Shown here in pieces: positions 17,720-29,122 of a stretch of 64,000 bases of DNA; position 1 is the first letter of the stretch; each line of letters opens with the position of its first letter. The stretch is taken from IMG/VR virus record IMGVR_UViG_2579779031_000002, positions 1 to 64,000 of that record; one strand, written 5' to 3'. Origin of the DNA: an uncultured virus (IMG/VR IMGVR_UViG_2579779031_000002) (lineage: Duplodnaviria > Heunggongvirae > Uroviricota > Caudoviricetes). Under the pieces are notes generated by a model. That model was not told the origin of the DNA. It saw nothing but the letters and a program-made list of their open reading frames with translations, and ran no database searches. The position numbers were made by a program, and so were the translations under genes.

Positions 17720-20700
17720 TTATAATCCAATATAAATTCTCTCAACATTGTTATCGTCAAATATCTGGAAAGCGGTACCTGAAATGACCATTCTTGCCTT
17801 TTGAGGTTGACTTGAATCTTTGTAAGTAATTAAAGTCCCGAGTTCACCCGTTATGGCGCTTAATTTGTCTACATTAAATAATTCCGCTGTAAGAGACTTA
17901 ACTTTAAAGTTTGCAGCGGTTAAATTCTTAATAAATACATCACTATTCATAATGACTTGATTGTCTTGGATTATGAACGGCATGTACTTAGTAGAAGATG
18001 TACCAGTTGTGAAGAAAATTTTATCCGCTTGAAAACCTATTGAACTGATAACGGTTCCATTCGTTTGCTCACTGACCATAGACATGCCAGAAAACACACC
18101 GTTATTATCCATGCCCATTACGTATTTACCTTTCACACCATCAATTAAGTCAGCTTGTGATTTAAGCTTGATAGCATTTTGGCCGTAAACAGAAACTAAG
18201 GTTTGTAATGCGCCAGCATATGCACCCACATCAGTTGTATAGGTGGTTTTGAAGTTTTCAAAATCTGCAATATTGTCTGCATCTTCAATATCAATAAAGT
18301 CTAGATCCACCTCACCAGCTTTTCCTGAATAGTTACCGATGATCATTGGAGTAAAGAAAGCAGCTTTATTCGCAAATGTTTTTGGACTTAGTAGAGTGCC
18401 GGCACCTGCACTTGCACCAGCAGATCTACCTTTGAAATATGCAGTTCCAGTTATCCAAGTTCCCAGCGCAGGTGCGGTACCAGCAACAAGATAATGACTA
18501 GCTCCAATATCATTAATTTCGGTGTTGTCTTGGGCCACATACTTAGTTTTAGTGGCGTTCTGACAAGTTGCACCTAGGTATACAACACCCGTACCACTAA
18601 CACGGCGGAATCTATACTTCACTCGGTAGTATTTGTTGTCATCGATTGGCAAAGAAGCAAACCAATTTAACCAAGCTTCATCATTTCCAACGTTATTACC
18701 TATTCTTAGTGCATATCCCCCACGGCAAGTTGCATCGGCCACTAAATTAAGCTCAGGTTTATTTCCACTTGGAGTTTTTACTAACCAATCTTTTTGCCAT
18801 GTTTCTAGTACTGAAGCCATGATCTTTTGACCATTTGCAGAATACAGAGCAGACATCCTTTCAGTTGAAGATGCGATTGCTTCATTCGTCTTGGTAGACG
18901 TCATGTAATCACGCTCTAATGTCGCTTTTGTAGTTGATGCTAAGTCTTTTGCAGAATCGGCTATCTCTTTTGCCTTTTCAGATATTGCTCTTACCAGTGC
19001 TTGACGTGCATTGTGAACATTAGCAAAGTTGGTAATAAACTGATTTCGGTCAATCGTACTGGTTGCATTCATATTGGCGAATAAAGTAGCCAAATATGTA
19101 TTTAAGGTACTGAAAGCAGTTGCATATGCAGCTGATGAGATTCCATACGTGACAGCTTCAGCTCGTAAACTTGTATCAGTTTGATAAAGTGTATCCCACA
19201 CCAACTTCGCCTGTTTTTTCTCAACTGGTGTAAGTTTATTATCAGCTGCAATATCACTTAACTGAGCCATTGGAATATCAACTTTGGCTTGAGAACCTGC
19301 AGTCGTTTCCATCATTGAAGTGACAGTAAACGGCGTTACTGACTTATAAACCGATAAATCCGTTTCAATAGCCGCTGACCATCCTTCTTTAAAGTTATCT
19401 GGCGGGTTTGTATGAGTAATTGTTGCTGACTCAACCGTAATAGCTGGGTAAGACCAAGCATCTTTTTTGGTAATTAAGATGCACACTTTATTATTGCTAT
19501 CTAAAGCTAAAGCCAAACCTTTAGTCGTAGTATTACTTTCATCTAAGGTGATACCAAAAGAACGCGAAGTCATATTTGGATAAAATGGTACTGTTGACGT
19601 ATATGCATAGAACGCCAAGTCCAAATCAAAAATATTGTCTTCTTTGTTGTTGTAGTTATAACCTGAGATTTTAACTTTAGTCATGAAGGCACCAATTGTA
19701 ATTGGTGTCTTAATTACAAGAGTTCCCGTAGTCGTGATTGGTTGACGCCAAGTCAAAGGCTTCACGAAAATTTTGCCTCCACCTGAACCCAGTGGCTGAA
19801 CGCTCATTGCATTAGTATATTCTGAGGTAATTTTCTGTGATGATGCAGCAATAGCGCGCTCAACATTAGTATTTGTCATATCCGCATTCAGAATATAAGC
19901 GCCGTTTTTACTGTCTAACTTTGAAGACATCTCCGAAAGTTTGGCCGCCCATGTTTCTTTGAAATTGGTTAATGTTGAAATAGAGTCTGTAGCTGTAGAA
20001 ACAAGATCTTGTAATGTCGGGTCAGCTGAAGCGTAATCAGTAACGTCATATTGCTCAATTTGAGCTAAGGTCCACACTAAAGGTGCAGTTACAGTTGGTG
20101 TAGATCCGCCAGCTACATAAACATGTCCTGAGTAAGTAATTGAACCTGTGGCACCGCATTTAATCATCCGAATATAAGTTTCGAATTTTCCTGTACCCTC
20201 AGTACTTCCAATAAATCTATCAATTGCACCAGTACCCATAGCGTTACCAGCATTCACTAGCTTATATCCAATCGGCAATTTAATGAGGTATTTAATAACG
20301 AAGACCGCATTTGCTCGGCCATTCACGGCCTGATAAAAACCACCCCATGTAGGATTAGCAGCTCCAATGGTTTTGATTTCCAGCTCATGTGTTGATGTAG
20401 TCGGGTTATCCGCACTTTTTGCAACACGTGTAACAGCAACATTCCCATTGCCAGCATTGTTATATACACCTACTGCATTATTACCCTTCTTAAAGTTCAC
20501 GTCTCCTTGCACCAACTTGCCGTTAGTGATCATCATTGCCAGCATTGTTGTGTTTTCTAATGCCGAGCCAAGATTGTTAGTACTTGTTTGTAACTGCGAA
20601 ATTTCAGTATTTTTAAGAGTTGCAAGATCTTGTGAAGTTTGATCAGCTGTAGCTTTTGTTGTTTTCACTACTGTAGATAATCCACCAGGTACACCAGCAT

Positions 20701-23700
20701 CATATTGTTGAATTTGCTGGGCAATAACACCTTTGTTTGCATCTGCTTTGATAAAGGTATCTTCTACAAACTGTGCATTTTGCTTAAGAGAGGATCTAAA
20801 ACCGCCTTTAAAATTCGGTGCAGAATTACCACGGCTGATAAACATATTAGTTATCGTAAAAGTTCCACCTGACGGTGCATTATCAAAGCGCAGCCCTAAT
20901 GGAATTGCTTCAAATGCAGTTGCTTTTACATCAGAAGGGAAAATACCAGTCAATTCAATTTCACCACTAGCAGCAACTATAAATGAAGGTAATCCAATGC
21001 TATAAGTTGCTCCATGGAATTGAATGCTACAAGTCGCTCCAACCAAACCAGCTGCAGCGGTATATTTGATTCTTGCAACAACTGGATCACCTTTATCTAT
21101 GGGAATTTCTTTATGTTTGTATTGAAGTTCCCAAACAGCAACTGTTCTATTGGTACCAGTGGTGATACTTAAATTTTTAGTATCATCACCTAGTAAAATC
21201 CAGTTTTCTTCTGAATAACGTAAGGTATCTAATTGTGCTTTGAAGACTTTAATTTCTTCTGCAAAGACTTCTTTAGCATCAGATCGAGTAATTTTTTCTT
21301 GAAGTATTTGAGCGTGGTTTTCTAACACCTTTTGTAAGTTACCACTGTTATTTGCCAAACCAATCGGAATACCACTTACGACCTGAACTGCAAGCATGAT
21401 TTGTTTGGCTCCATTTGGGCCCGTATCAGGTGTTGAATGTAATTCGATCCCTCTCCCCGAGCCAATTCCTTTTTGACCTACTAATATGTATGCATCACGG
21501 CCAGTAATTTGATCAATTGTAAATGGGTTTGCCCCAAGAGAGATTAAGGCATTTTTAACAGTAGCAATATTTACTCCGATACTGTCGTAGTTGGTCACAA
21601 TAACAAATGTGTCATTCGGAATCGCGGCGATAGCATTACTCATCGCCGTTGCATTCGCGATAGCAGCATATGTATCGTATCGAGTTGAAGAAGCAATTGA
21701 CCCATCAGCAGCTAAAACATGAACTGAGAATCCGCGAGCTGAAGCTACGGATTTGATTTCACCTTTAAGGTTTTTTATCCCTGTGAAAAAGCCATTCCAA
21801 CCACATGAGTAGACACGATAATTGAAAACTTGACCAAGATCTTGATTAAGTTGTTTATAATTTGACTCTAAGTTCGAAATTGACTGTGTTGTATTTTGCT
21901 GGTTGTCGCTAATTGTTGAGTTAATTTCTTGAAACTTACCGTCAGCAGATAATTTATTATTATCGACCGCAGATTTTAAAGTTACATAATTTTCAGAAAT
22001 GGATGCAATTTGTTCACCATTCTTTTTAACATCTGCCTTGGTACCTTCAATTGCAGTCGCATTAGCCTCTAATCCTTTTTCAAGTTCACGAGGATTTTTT
22101 CTAAAACCAGTTGCTAACTCACCTTTTTCAATTTGTACTTCACGAATTAAAAAATCAGGTGCAAATCCAATTTGAGCATATAAAATTACATTAATATATT
22201 GTAAATCAACAAGATTAGTATCAAATGTATAAGTACATAAAACTTCTTTATCTGTAGAAATATTATTCCAAGAGGTTCCAATTTGATTGTTACTACCTGC
22301 AGCATCACGACGATGAATGATTAGGAGTATTTGTGATTGTGCAGCTGTCAATGATTTTGCCTTGAATGACAACGTGTATTTCTGGTTCCCTTCTAGACCT
22401 TCAGCTAAAGTAATCGTCTCAATAAAACCTTTAAAATATGTAGCTGTATTGGTTGATTTAAAATGCCCCCAAGTAATCCCATTTGAGTCCTTATAAACTT
22501 CTAATAAGCTACCTGCTACTGCTGAATTTTGACGCCAATTTGAAGTTTCAAGAGGCTTAGAAAAATCACCATTTTTAATAATATTATCGCCCCCGCTAGT
22601 AGAAATAGCGGCTTTGATGATTTTACTTTCCTCTGCAATCGCTTGGTTCGTTTCAGTTTTTGTGTAACGAGTACTATCAAGAGTGGCTGAACTGCTAGTC
22701 CATAAATCACCAAATTTCTGACGGAATTTGGCTTCTAGTGATTCAGTAGCTGCTGAAATTGCTTTGGTTGTATCAGACTTACTTGAATAATCAACAAGAA
22801 TAGAAGACTTAACAATAGTGCTGTCTACATCTGATTCATTTAGAACTGGTGTAATTCTATATGCTTGCGCTTCCCACCACCCTGCATTTCCAGTATGACC
22901 TAAAGCAATACCTAACTGAATTTGGGGATATGTATCAGCAACTGAAGTCATGTTGATGACTTTTGAAATAAGAGTCCAAGTTTCATTTGCTGGGATTTCA
23001 GCAATTGGAACACTTACACTAGTATAATTTGCTGTTGAAAATACCCCATCATTTTTTGCACGACCAATTGGAATGTAACAAAGACCGTTTGAATCGGAGC
23101 TACGACGAACAACAAAACTCACAATATATGTTCGTGTATTTGGTAGTGATTGTTTATTGTAATTAAAACAGTTAACTGGATTTGAAGTATCCTTTCTGAA
23201 AACTGTATTACCAATTTTCCCAGTTGTCGTAGTTTTAAAATACTGAGACATGTCATAACCGTAATGGCTATACCACATGTCAGGATTCTTACAGTTATAA
23301 TCGCCTGCCAATGAATCACTGTCATTTGCCGATTTCAGTGCTTCATCCAATTTAGTCAGTGATGTATTAAACGTCTTTGTTTGTGAAGCTGTAACTTCAT
23401 CTAATTTTGCATTTGTAGCGTAGTTATTTAGAGCTTGAGCAGTGTTAAAGATATTCTTCTCTACATCTGTCATACCAACTTCAAGCTTAGATGTGCGCTG
23501 TGCTAATGCATCCCTTTCAGTCACATATGTTTGCTTAAACTCAGTGAGATTAGCAGATACTTGATCAAAAGCTGCATTAAAGTCATATGGACTCGCAATC
23601 CAGCTGTCAGTAGTTATAAATTCCTCTTTAACCAATACGGCCCAGTAAACAGTACCTACAGAATTTTTGTCTACTGTAGGTTTATTAATCATATAGAATT

Positions 23701-26700
23701 GAATTTCTCTACCTGTGCCTGCAGAACTTTTTGTAAAAGTAACTTTATTAATTACTTTACCTGCACCTGCAGGGCAAGCTTGAACCCACTGACTTCCGCC
23801 ACCAGCATATACAGTTAAATTAGAGTTTGTATCACCAGCACCTCGAGTATGCTCAGCACACCAAAGAAGTGTGTATTTTGCTCCTACTTCCCAGTCTTCC
23901 CCCATTTTATAGCGTAGATGAGGATATGAAACTCCATTGTAAGTTCCTACTACATTAGAGTTGATTAACAAATTCGTGCCAGCTGGTGCAGACTTGTTAA
24001 GATTTGCTGATAAGGTATTTGATTGTTCAGTAACTGCTTTAATCTGTCCAGCTTGTTCTGTTACTTTTGAATTCGTTGTTTCAAGTGCTTCGCTTGAGGC
24101 TTTTTTCCCTATTTCAGTGTTAGTCAAAGTTAGATCATTTCTAAGCTTAGAAATATCTATACTTTGAGAAGATAAAGTATCGCCATTCTTCTTCACTTCA
24201 GCTTGAGTGACTTTAATTGCTTCCGCATTAGCATTTAAAGAGCTTTGAGTATCACGTGGGCTTGGGCTCCATGCAGTAGCCTTATTGCCTGCTTCGATCT
24301 GTAATTTTTGAATCGTTGGAATTCGACCAGAACCATATGTTCCATAAAACTCAATTGTAGATTCGGTAGTACTTCCTGTATGTACTTTAGGGGATACTGT
24401 AACTGCAAATCTTTGAAACTCATTTGCTTTTGTTACAGTAACTGAAGTTGTAAAGTAATGAGCAGATCCATTTGAAGAGTAAACCTGTACTGTTCCAGCA
24501 ACGGGCACACTCACGTCAAAAGAAATAGTAACCGGCTTATCTAAATTTTCGTCATAAAAAGCTTTGAGCTCTTTACTTCGTTCATACATTAAGTATTCAC
24601 GACTAGTTGATGCTGTTGAGCTTCTTGGCGCTTCTGAATTAACTACCGCATTAACCCCACCTATTTTAATATTATCTACTGCAGCTGTGATATCAGTAGC
24701 CACACGTCCCATGGCGCTATCAAGATCACTTTTTGTAGCTGTTTTCAATAATGCTTGAGCGTTGCTCTGAATACCTGTTTCAGCATTCTGCATTCTTGAT
24801 TCAAGCTTACTGGTCCGTTCTGCTTCAGCCTCAGTTCTATTAGTAGCAGTTTTGAATAAATCATTTGCAGTTGCTGTTGCATCATTTGCTGAAGCTAAAG
24901 AGTTGTTATCTTCAACGATAATGTAGTTAAGCTGACTTATACCTGGTTGAGCTGCATAGTTACCAATAAACATTGGGGCATAAAATTCAGCTTGTGCTGG
25001 GAAAGTACGCGGATTATCAATTGTTCCAAGTCCCGTAGCTGCACCTGTAGATTTTCCTTTCAGGTAAAGTACCACTTCTTGCCATTCACCTAAATTTGGT
25101 TTAATTGCAGACAACAAGTAATTTGATGAGCCCATGTCTGCAGCAAGATTATTTGTAGTTGTTACATACTTAATTTGATCTGCTGTTTTACATGCAATAC
25201 CTAAGTAAATACTTCCATTTTCACCAGCAACACGACGGAAACGTGCACGCACCCGATAAAGCGTATCTGGATTAATTTTTACTAATTCTTTCCAATGAAC
25301 CCAAGCTTCATCATTGCCAGCATTATTACCAAGCTCAAGAATATAACCGCCAAATGCATCAGAATCTTGAAGTACTTTAGCTTCACCTGTAGTTCGCCAA
25401 GTTGACCAGTCATCAATTCCTTTTGCTGTTACTACTGCCCTCACACCAGTAGTTACTTGAGTTTGAGACTTGAGACTTAATAAATTTTGAGAAAGTGCTT
25501 CAGTAGCTTTTACCGCTGTTGTACCAGTTTGCTGCGCTTCGGCTGCATTATCGAAAGCCAGTTTAGCAATATCATCAGTAGTTTTAAGTGAAGAAGAAAG
25601 GCCAGATATTTTAGTGTTTGTATTACTTTCTAAGGTAGATACACTTTTTTGGACATCTACAATCTGACCTTGTACCTTCAAATTTTCCTTCGAGATACTT
25701 GTATCAAGTTCTGTAAATTTTGTCGTGGTAGACTGTTCAAATTCAGCTAGTGACTCAGTTACTTCTAGAATATTTGAATTAGACAGACGATCTGCTTCTT
25801 CCAGAGCTGCTTTCGTTTGGTCGATACGTAATGATAAGGCTTTATCTCCATCAGAAACTGACTGAGTAATTGTCGCTAAATCAGACGTTGTTTTAGTCTT
25901 ATTTGAATTATAGTCAGTCTTTAGTTCTTCAAGTTTTTTTGCTTCTGAAACAAGTTTCTCATCAACAAGTTTTACAGATGATTCAACCTTTTCGATATAT
26001 GAGGCATTACCAGTAATTTGATCACGCCATGCTTTCGGAATGGTGTCATTTAGTGCTGTAATGTCCCAGACCTCATAATCAGCAAGGATTACATCAACTG
26101 GGCTTGAAGTGCTTGGTAAAGGTGGATTAGTGCCAGCTAAAACACGAAAATGCCCATGAATAGCTGCTGGTGCATCATAGCCACACTGAACAACAGAGTA
26201 ATAAACCTCAAACTTGCCTGTACCTTCTTTATTTCCAAGTACTCGTAAATAACCAGTACCTGTAGCATTGCCAACAGGTAATAAATATGTCCCTTTTGGC
26301 ATTTTAATAATTTGTTTTATTAAAAACGTTTTATTAGGCGCAGCTACAAGTGTAGGAACAGTTGGATACCAGCCACCACCTAAAGATGCTGTAGATCTTA
26401 AAAGCATCTCATGGGTACTATTTACGGGGTTATCCGTTGATTTGGCTTGTCGAGTTAGTGTTGAGCCTGCTGGTACCGCATAGGCACTTAATCCCCCATT
26501 CCCCGATAGAAACGTCGGATCATCACGTAAAGGTTTACCAAGTGATTGCATCCGCGCTAACTCATTCGCACTTAATAAACTTGCATTTGTGGTGTCTAAA
26601 CTGGCTTGTATTTGATCAGTTTTTTCAGCCACAGATTTGGTAAGGTCAACTACAGTTCGTTCAACACTATTAATGGCAGCTTTGTTATCACCAATTTGAG

Positions 26701-28219
26701 ATTGAGCAATACTAATTTGTTCAGTAATTGCTTTGTCTTGAGCTGCACGAGTTTTAGATTCTTCTGAAATTAAGGCGTTTGATTTACCCAATTCGTTTTG
26801 CATTTCAGCAAACTTAAGCTCAAAACTTTGAGTTAAAGCCTCTTTATCATTTGCACGTGCTTCAGCTTCAGCCAGAAAGCCAGAATCAACTTTCTTATCA
26901 AGTTCAACATATTGTGCAGCTACTTGATCTACTTTCTTAACTGCAGCTTCAGTTTGGCTTACTATTGGTTCAATTTTTTGATTAATGAGAGTATTTGTTT
27001 CTTCACCCAATGCTAATTTAGCATCATCAATCATTTGACCAGCTTTAACTAAGTTTTGATCAATATCTTGTTTTAAAGCGGCCTTAGTTTGATCAATAAC
27101 AATTAGAGTGTCAGCTGCTTGTTTTTTACGGTCTAAAACTTCTTGATCTGCAATTTTTTTCGCATTTTCAGCAACTATACGAATTTCATCTGCATCACTT
27201 CTAACATCAGCAATAATAGAATCCGTTTCTCTCTTGATGAAACCAATTTTGTCATCAAGTTCTTTCTCAGCACGAATAGCACGTTGTTGAGCATCTGCCA
27301 CCAGCGCTTCATTCGCTTGAATTGATTGATCAATACGTTGATTGGCTTCATCCAAACGAATGTTTGCATCACTGACATGCTGCTCAACAATCTGTTTTGT
27401 ATCGACAATTTCTTGATCAATATAAGCCCGAATTTCATCAACTTTATTTTGTGCAATCTGACCTACTTCTTTTACTTGGTCATGAATTTTTTGCACTTCT
27501 TCATCAATATGATTAATACCTTCTTCAAGCAATTTATAGGCTTCAGAATCTTTAATATTATCAATTAACTCCTCTACTTCTTTTATTTTTTCATCAATTT
27601 CTTGGCTTATCTGATCTTTGTTTTCATCAATTTTTTCGCCTTGTTCTTTTAAGTCTTCTTTTAAACTCTCTAACTTATCAAGAGCGTCTTTAAATGCCCC
27701 CTCAATAGCTTTAGGGTCAATAGGCACACCTGCAACCGTAAGCGTTGTGCCTACGGCCATACTGCCTGCAACAGAACTATTACCTGCTACTGAAGTATTA
27801 CCTACTACAGTGCTATTTCCCGTTAATGTGCTATTACCAGTTTGTTGTGTATTAGCTTGCACATTCATCAACGGCGTTTTAATAGATACAGTTGTGCCAG
27901 AATCTACTTTTAAATTTTCTTTAGAGATAAATTCAATATTGTCTTGTCGAATACGGCGCACACCTACAATTGCGCCGTCTCCGTGACTAACATAACTATG
28001 GATTACTGGACGTTCTTCATTGCCGTTTTCAAAGAAGACATAGACGTCTTCCCCATCCACAATTTGTATTTCTGTATCTAAATCACTATCACCGACTGGA
28101 TAGGCAAAAGTTGCCGTAATGCCTTCACTCGCGCCATCAGTTAAACCATGAATGTGTACTTGTGCAGTACGACCTTTTGCGTTGTAACTTAAAATCTTTG
28201 CACGTTTATAACCATTCAT
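17720..28219 (-). CDS. 3499-aa central spike/fibre: baseplate-spike-like N-terminus, coiled coils, repeated beta modules, GG/ILEI-like domain, DUF1983-like C-terminus
   Basis: GEDVYVFFENGNEERPVI and GNSTVV beta-helix repeats; C-terminal KYVMGMDNNG...FQADKIFF...MPFII. Confidence 0.85.
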   Translation of the reverse strand: MNGYKRAKILSYNAKGRTAQVHIHGLTDGASEGITATFAYPVGDSDLDTEIQIVDGEDVYVFFENGNEERPVIHSYVSHGDGAIVGVRRIRQDNIEFISKENLKVDSGTTVSIKTPLMNVQANTQQTGNSTLTGNSTVVGNTSVAGNSSVAGSMAVGTTLTVAGVPIDPKAIEGAFKDALDKLESLKEDLKEQGEKIDENKDQISQEIDEKIKEVEELIDNIKDSEAYKLLEEGINHIDEEVQKIHDQVKEVGQIAQNKVDEIRAYIDQEIVDTKQIVEQHVSDANIRLDEANQRIDQSIQANEALVADAQQRAIRAEKELDDKIGFIKRETDSIIADVRSDADEIRIVAENAKKIADQEVLDRKKQAADTLIVIDQTKAALKQDIDQNLVKAGQMIDDAKLALGEETNTLINQKIEPIVSQTEAAVKKVDQVAAQYVELDKKVDSGFLAEAEARANDKEALTQSFELKFAEMQNELGKSNALISEESKTRAAQDKAITEQISIAQSQIGDNKAAINSVERTVVDLTKSVAEKTDQIQASLDTTNASLLSANELARMQSLGKPLRDDPTFLSGNGGLSAYAVPAGSTLTRQAKSTDNPVNSTHEMLLRSTASLGGGWYPTVPTLVAAPNKTFLIKQIIKMPKGTYLLPVGNATGTGYLRVLGNKEGTGKFEVYYSVVQCGYDAPAAIHGHFRVLAGTNPPLPSTSSPVDVILADYEVWDITALNDTIPKAWRDQITGNASYIEKVESSVKLVDEKLVSEAKKLEELKTDYNSNKTKTTSDLATITQSVSDGDKALSLRIDQTKAALEEADRLSNSNILEVTESLAEFEQSTTTKFTELDTSISKENLKVQGQIVDVQKSVSTLESNTNTKISGLSSSLKTTDDIAKLAFDNAAEAQQTGTTAVKATEALSQNLLSLKSQTQVTTGVRAVVTAKGIDDWSTWRTTGEAKVLQDSDAFGGYILELGNNAGNDEAWVHWKELVKINPDTLYRVRARFRRVAGENGSIYLGIACKTADQIKYVTTTNNLAADMGSSNYLLSAIKPNLGEWQEVVLYLKGKSTGAATGLGTIDNPRTFPAQAEFYAPMFIGNYAAQPGISQLNYIIVEDNNSLASANDATATANDLFKTATNRTEAEAERTSKLESRMQNAETGIQSNAQALLKTATKSDLDSAMGRVATDITAAVDNIKIGGVNAVVNSEAPRSSTASTSREYLMYERSKELKAFYDENLDKPVTISFDVSVPVAGTVQVYSSNGSAHYFTTSVTVTKANEFQRFAVTVSPKVHTGSTTESTIEFYGTYGSGRIPTIQKLQIEAGNKATAWSPSPRDTQSSLNANAEAIKVTQAEVKKNGDTLSSQSIDISKLRNDLTLTNTEIGKKASSEALETTNSKVTEQAGQIKAVTEQSNTLSANLNKSAPAGTNLLINSNVVGTYNGVSYPHLRYKMGEDWEVGAKYTLLWCAEHTRGAGDTNSNLTVYAGGGSQWVQACPAGAGKVINKVTFTKSSAGTGREIQFYMINKPTVDKNSVGTVYWAVLVKEEFITTDSWIASPYDFNAAFDQVSANLTEFKQTYVTERDALAQRTSKLEVGMTDVEKNIFNTAQALNNYATNAKLDEVTASQTKTFNTSLTKLDEALKSANDSDSLAGDYNCKNPDMWYSHYGYDMSQYFKTTTTGKIGNTVFRKDTSNPVNCFNYNKQSLPNTRTYIVSFVVRRSSDSNGLCYIPIGRAKNDGVFSTANYTSVSVPIAEIPANETWTLISKVINMTSVADTYPQIQLGIALGHTGNAGWWEAQAYRITPVLNESDVDSTIVKSSILVDYSSKSDTTKAISAATESLEAKFRQKFGDLWTSSSATLDSTRYTKTETNQAIAEESKIIKAAISTSGGDNIIKNGDFSKPLETSNWRQNSAVAGSLLEVYKDSNGITWGHFKSTNTATYFKGFIETITLAEGLEGNQKYTLSFKAKSLTAAQSQILLIIHRRDAAGSNNQIGTSWNNISTDKEVLCTYTFDTNLVDLQYINVILYAQIGFAPDFLIREVQIEKGELATGFRKNPRELEKGLEANATAIEGTKADVKKNGEQIASISENYVTLKSAVDNNKLSADGKFQEINSTISDNQQNTTQSISNLESNYKQLNQDLGQVFNYRVYSCGWNGFFTGIKNLKGEIKSVASARGFSVHVLAADGSIASSTRYDTYAAIANATAMSNAIAAIPNDTFVIVTNYDSIGVNIATVKNALISLGANPFTIDQITGRDAYILVGQKGIGSGRGIELHSTPDTGPNGAKQIMLAVQVVSGIPIGLANNSGNLQKVLENHAQILQEKITRSDAKEVFAEEIKVFKAQLDTLRYSEENWILLGDDTKNLSITTGTNRTVAVWELQYKHKEIPIDKGDPVVARIKYTAAAGLVGATCSIQFHGATYSIGLPSFIVAASGEIELTGIFPSDVKATAFEAIPLGLRFDNAPSGGTFTITNMFISRGNSAPNFKGGFRSSLKQNAQFVEDTFIKADANKGVIAQQIQQYDAGVPGGLSTVVKTTKATADQTSQDLATLKNTEISQLQTSTNNLGSALENTTMLAMMITNGKLVQGDVNFKKGNNAVGVYNNAGNGNVAVTRVAKSADNPTTSTHELEIKTIGAANPTWGGFYQAVNGRANAVFVIKYLIKLPIGYKLVNAGNAMGTGAIDRFIGSTEGTGKFETYIRMIKCGATGSITYSGHVYVAGGSTPTVTAPLVWTLAQIEQYDVTDYASADPTLQDLVSTATDSISTLTNFKETWAAKLSEMSSKLDSKNGAYILNADMTNTNVERAIAASSQKITSEYTNAMSVQPLGSGGGKIFVKPLTWRQPITTTGTLVIKTPITIGAFMTKVKISGYNYNNKEDNIFDLDLAFYAYTSTVPFYPNMTSRSFGITLDESNTTTKGLALALDSNNKVCILITKKDAWSYPAITVESATITHTNPPDNFKEGWSAAIETDLSVYKSVTPFTVTSMMETTAGSQAKVDIPMAQLSDIAADNKLTPVEKKQAKLVWDTLYQTDTSLRAEAVTYGISSAAYATAFSTLNTYLATLFANMNATSTIDRNQFITNFANVHNARQALVRAISEKAKEIADSAKDLASTTKATLERDYMTSTKTNEAIASSTERMSALYSANGQKIMASVLETWQKDWLVKTPSGNKPELNLVADATCRGGYALRIGNNVGNDEAWLNWFASLPIDDNKYYRVKYRFRRVSGTGVVYLGATCQNATKTKYVAQDNTEINDIGASHYLVAGTAPALGTWITGTAYFKGRSAGASAGAGTLLSPKTFANKAAFFTPMIIGNYSGKAGEVDLDFIDIEDADNIADFENFKTTYTTDVGAYAGALQTLVSVYGQNAIKLKSQADLIDGVKGKYVMGMDNNGVFSGMSMVSEQTNGTVISSIGFQADKIFFTTGTSSTKYMPFIIQDNQVIMNSDVFIKNLTAANFKVKSLTAELFNVDKLSAITGELGTLITYKDSSQPQKARMVISGTAFQIFDDNNVERIYIGL

Positions 28220-28228
28220 ATATTTGAC

Positions 28229-29122
28229 CTACAAATTAGCAATCCAGAACTTTGATGAAGTCCCCATTGATCCCCCGATTGCGCCTGTATCTATATGATG
28301 TGCAGCTGTTAAAACGACATACTTCTTACTATCAATTTCGAATATATCGCCCGCATTCCAATTCAAATTTAGCGGCCTGATTATGGTTCCCCGCAAGATC
28401 AAAACTTTTTCTAAGTTTTTAACTTGTCGGGCATCTAAACCAGCTCTTTGCGTAACAGTGTGGCCTGGGGTTATTGAGTCATCACCAACAACCGTTGAAC
28501 CGTTATTCTCCACGGTCACGAAAGATGATTTTTGCATCAGTTCCAAAGGTTTACTGGATATCCAAACGACACTGCTAGGATCTAGTTTTGTGACTGGTTC
28601 CTTTTTGAAAAAAGAATCAATTTTTTGAGCTGACATCTTATTGTTTTGAAAACAAATGACTGCCGCTTCTTGCTGCAGATAATGAGCCAAACGTTGTGTA
28701 GGCAAGCTTCCCTTTAGGCATACGAATTTTGGCAAAGGTAAATCACCACCTAGACTGATAGTTGCTCCACAAGCTCTTATCACTGAATTAAAGGAGGTTT
28801 CATTACTAATAACAGCTTGCTTTGAATTTTCGATAAGTCTTTTACAGCCAGCCAAAATGCCAATACATGAGATACCACCTACACGGCGATCTTGTTTAAT
28901 AGTTTGAGTTTTTAGAGGAGTAACTTTGATTAATTCAAATGGATGAGAAATATCGTTTACAGTTAACTGCTCCCCTTCTTTCAAAAGGGAGTCTAATTCT
29001 GCTGTTGATTGAACTGTAAACTCAATGGATGCTGGAATTGGTACGAGATCAGTTCTTAAAGTTGCACTAATGAGCTCAGATGCTGGAATAACTTTACCCG
29101 CAGACACAATGGTAATTTGCAT
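28229..29122 (-). CDS. Putative baseplate hub protein
   Basis: Directly upstream of spike; LRTDLVPIPASIEF N-terminus. Confidence 0.6.
   Translation of the reverse strand: MQITIVSAGKVIPASELISATLRTDLVPIPASIEFTVQSTAELDSLLKEGEQLTVNDISHPFELIKVTPLKTQTIKQDRRVGGISCIGILAGCKRLIENSKQAVISNETSFNSVIRACGATISLGGDLPLPKFVCLKGSLPTQRLAHYLQQEAAVICFQNNKMSAQKIDSFFKKEPVTKLDPSSVVWISSKPLELMQKSSFVTVENNGSTVVGDDSITPGHTVTQRAGLDARQVKNLEKVLILRGTIIRPLNLNWNAGDIFEIDSKKYVVLTAAHHIDTGAIGGSMGTSSKFWIANL

Noticed and set aside
18633..28628. Many short ORFs within the fibre and hub genes
   Set aside because: Shadows of long coding frames; no RBS or protein-like features
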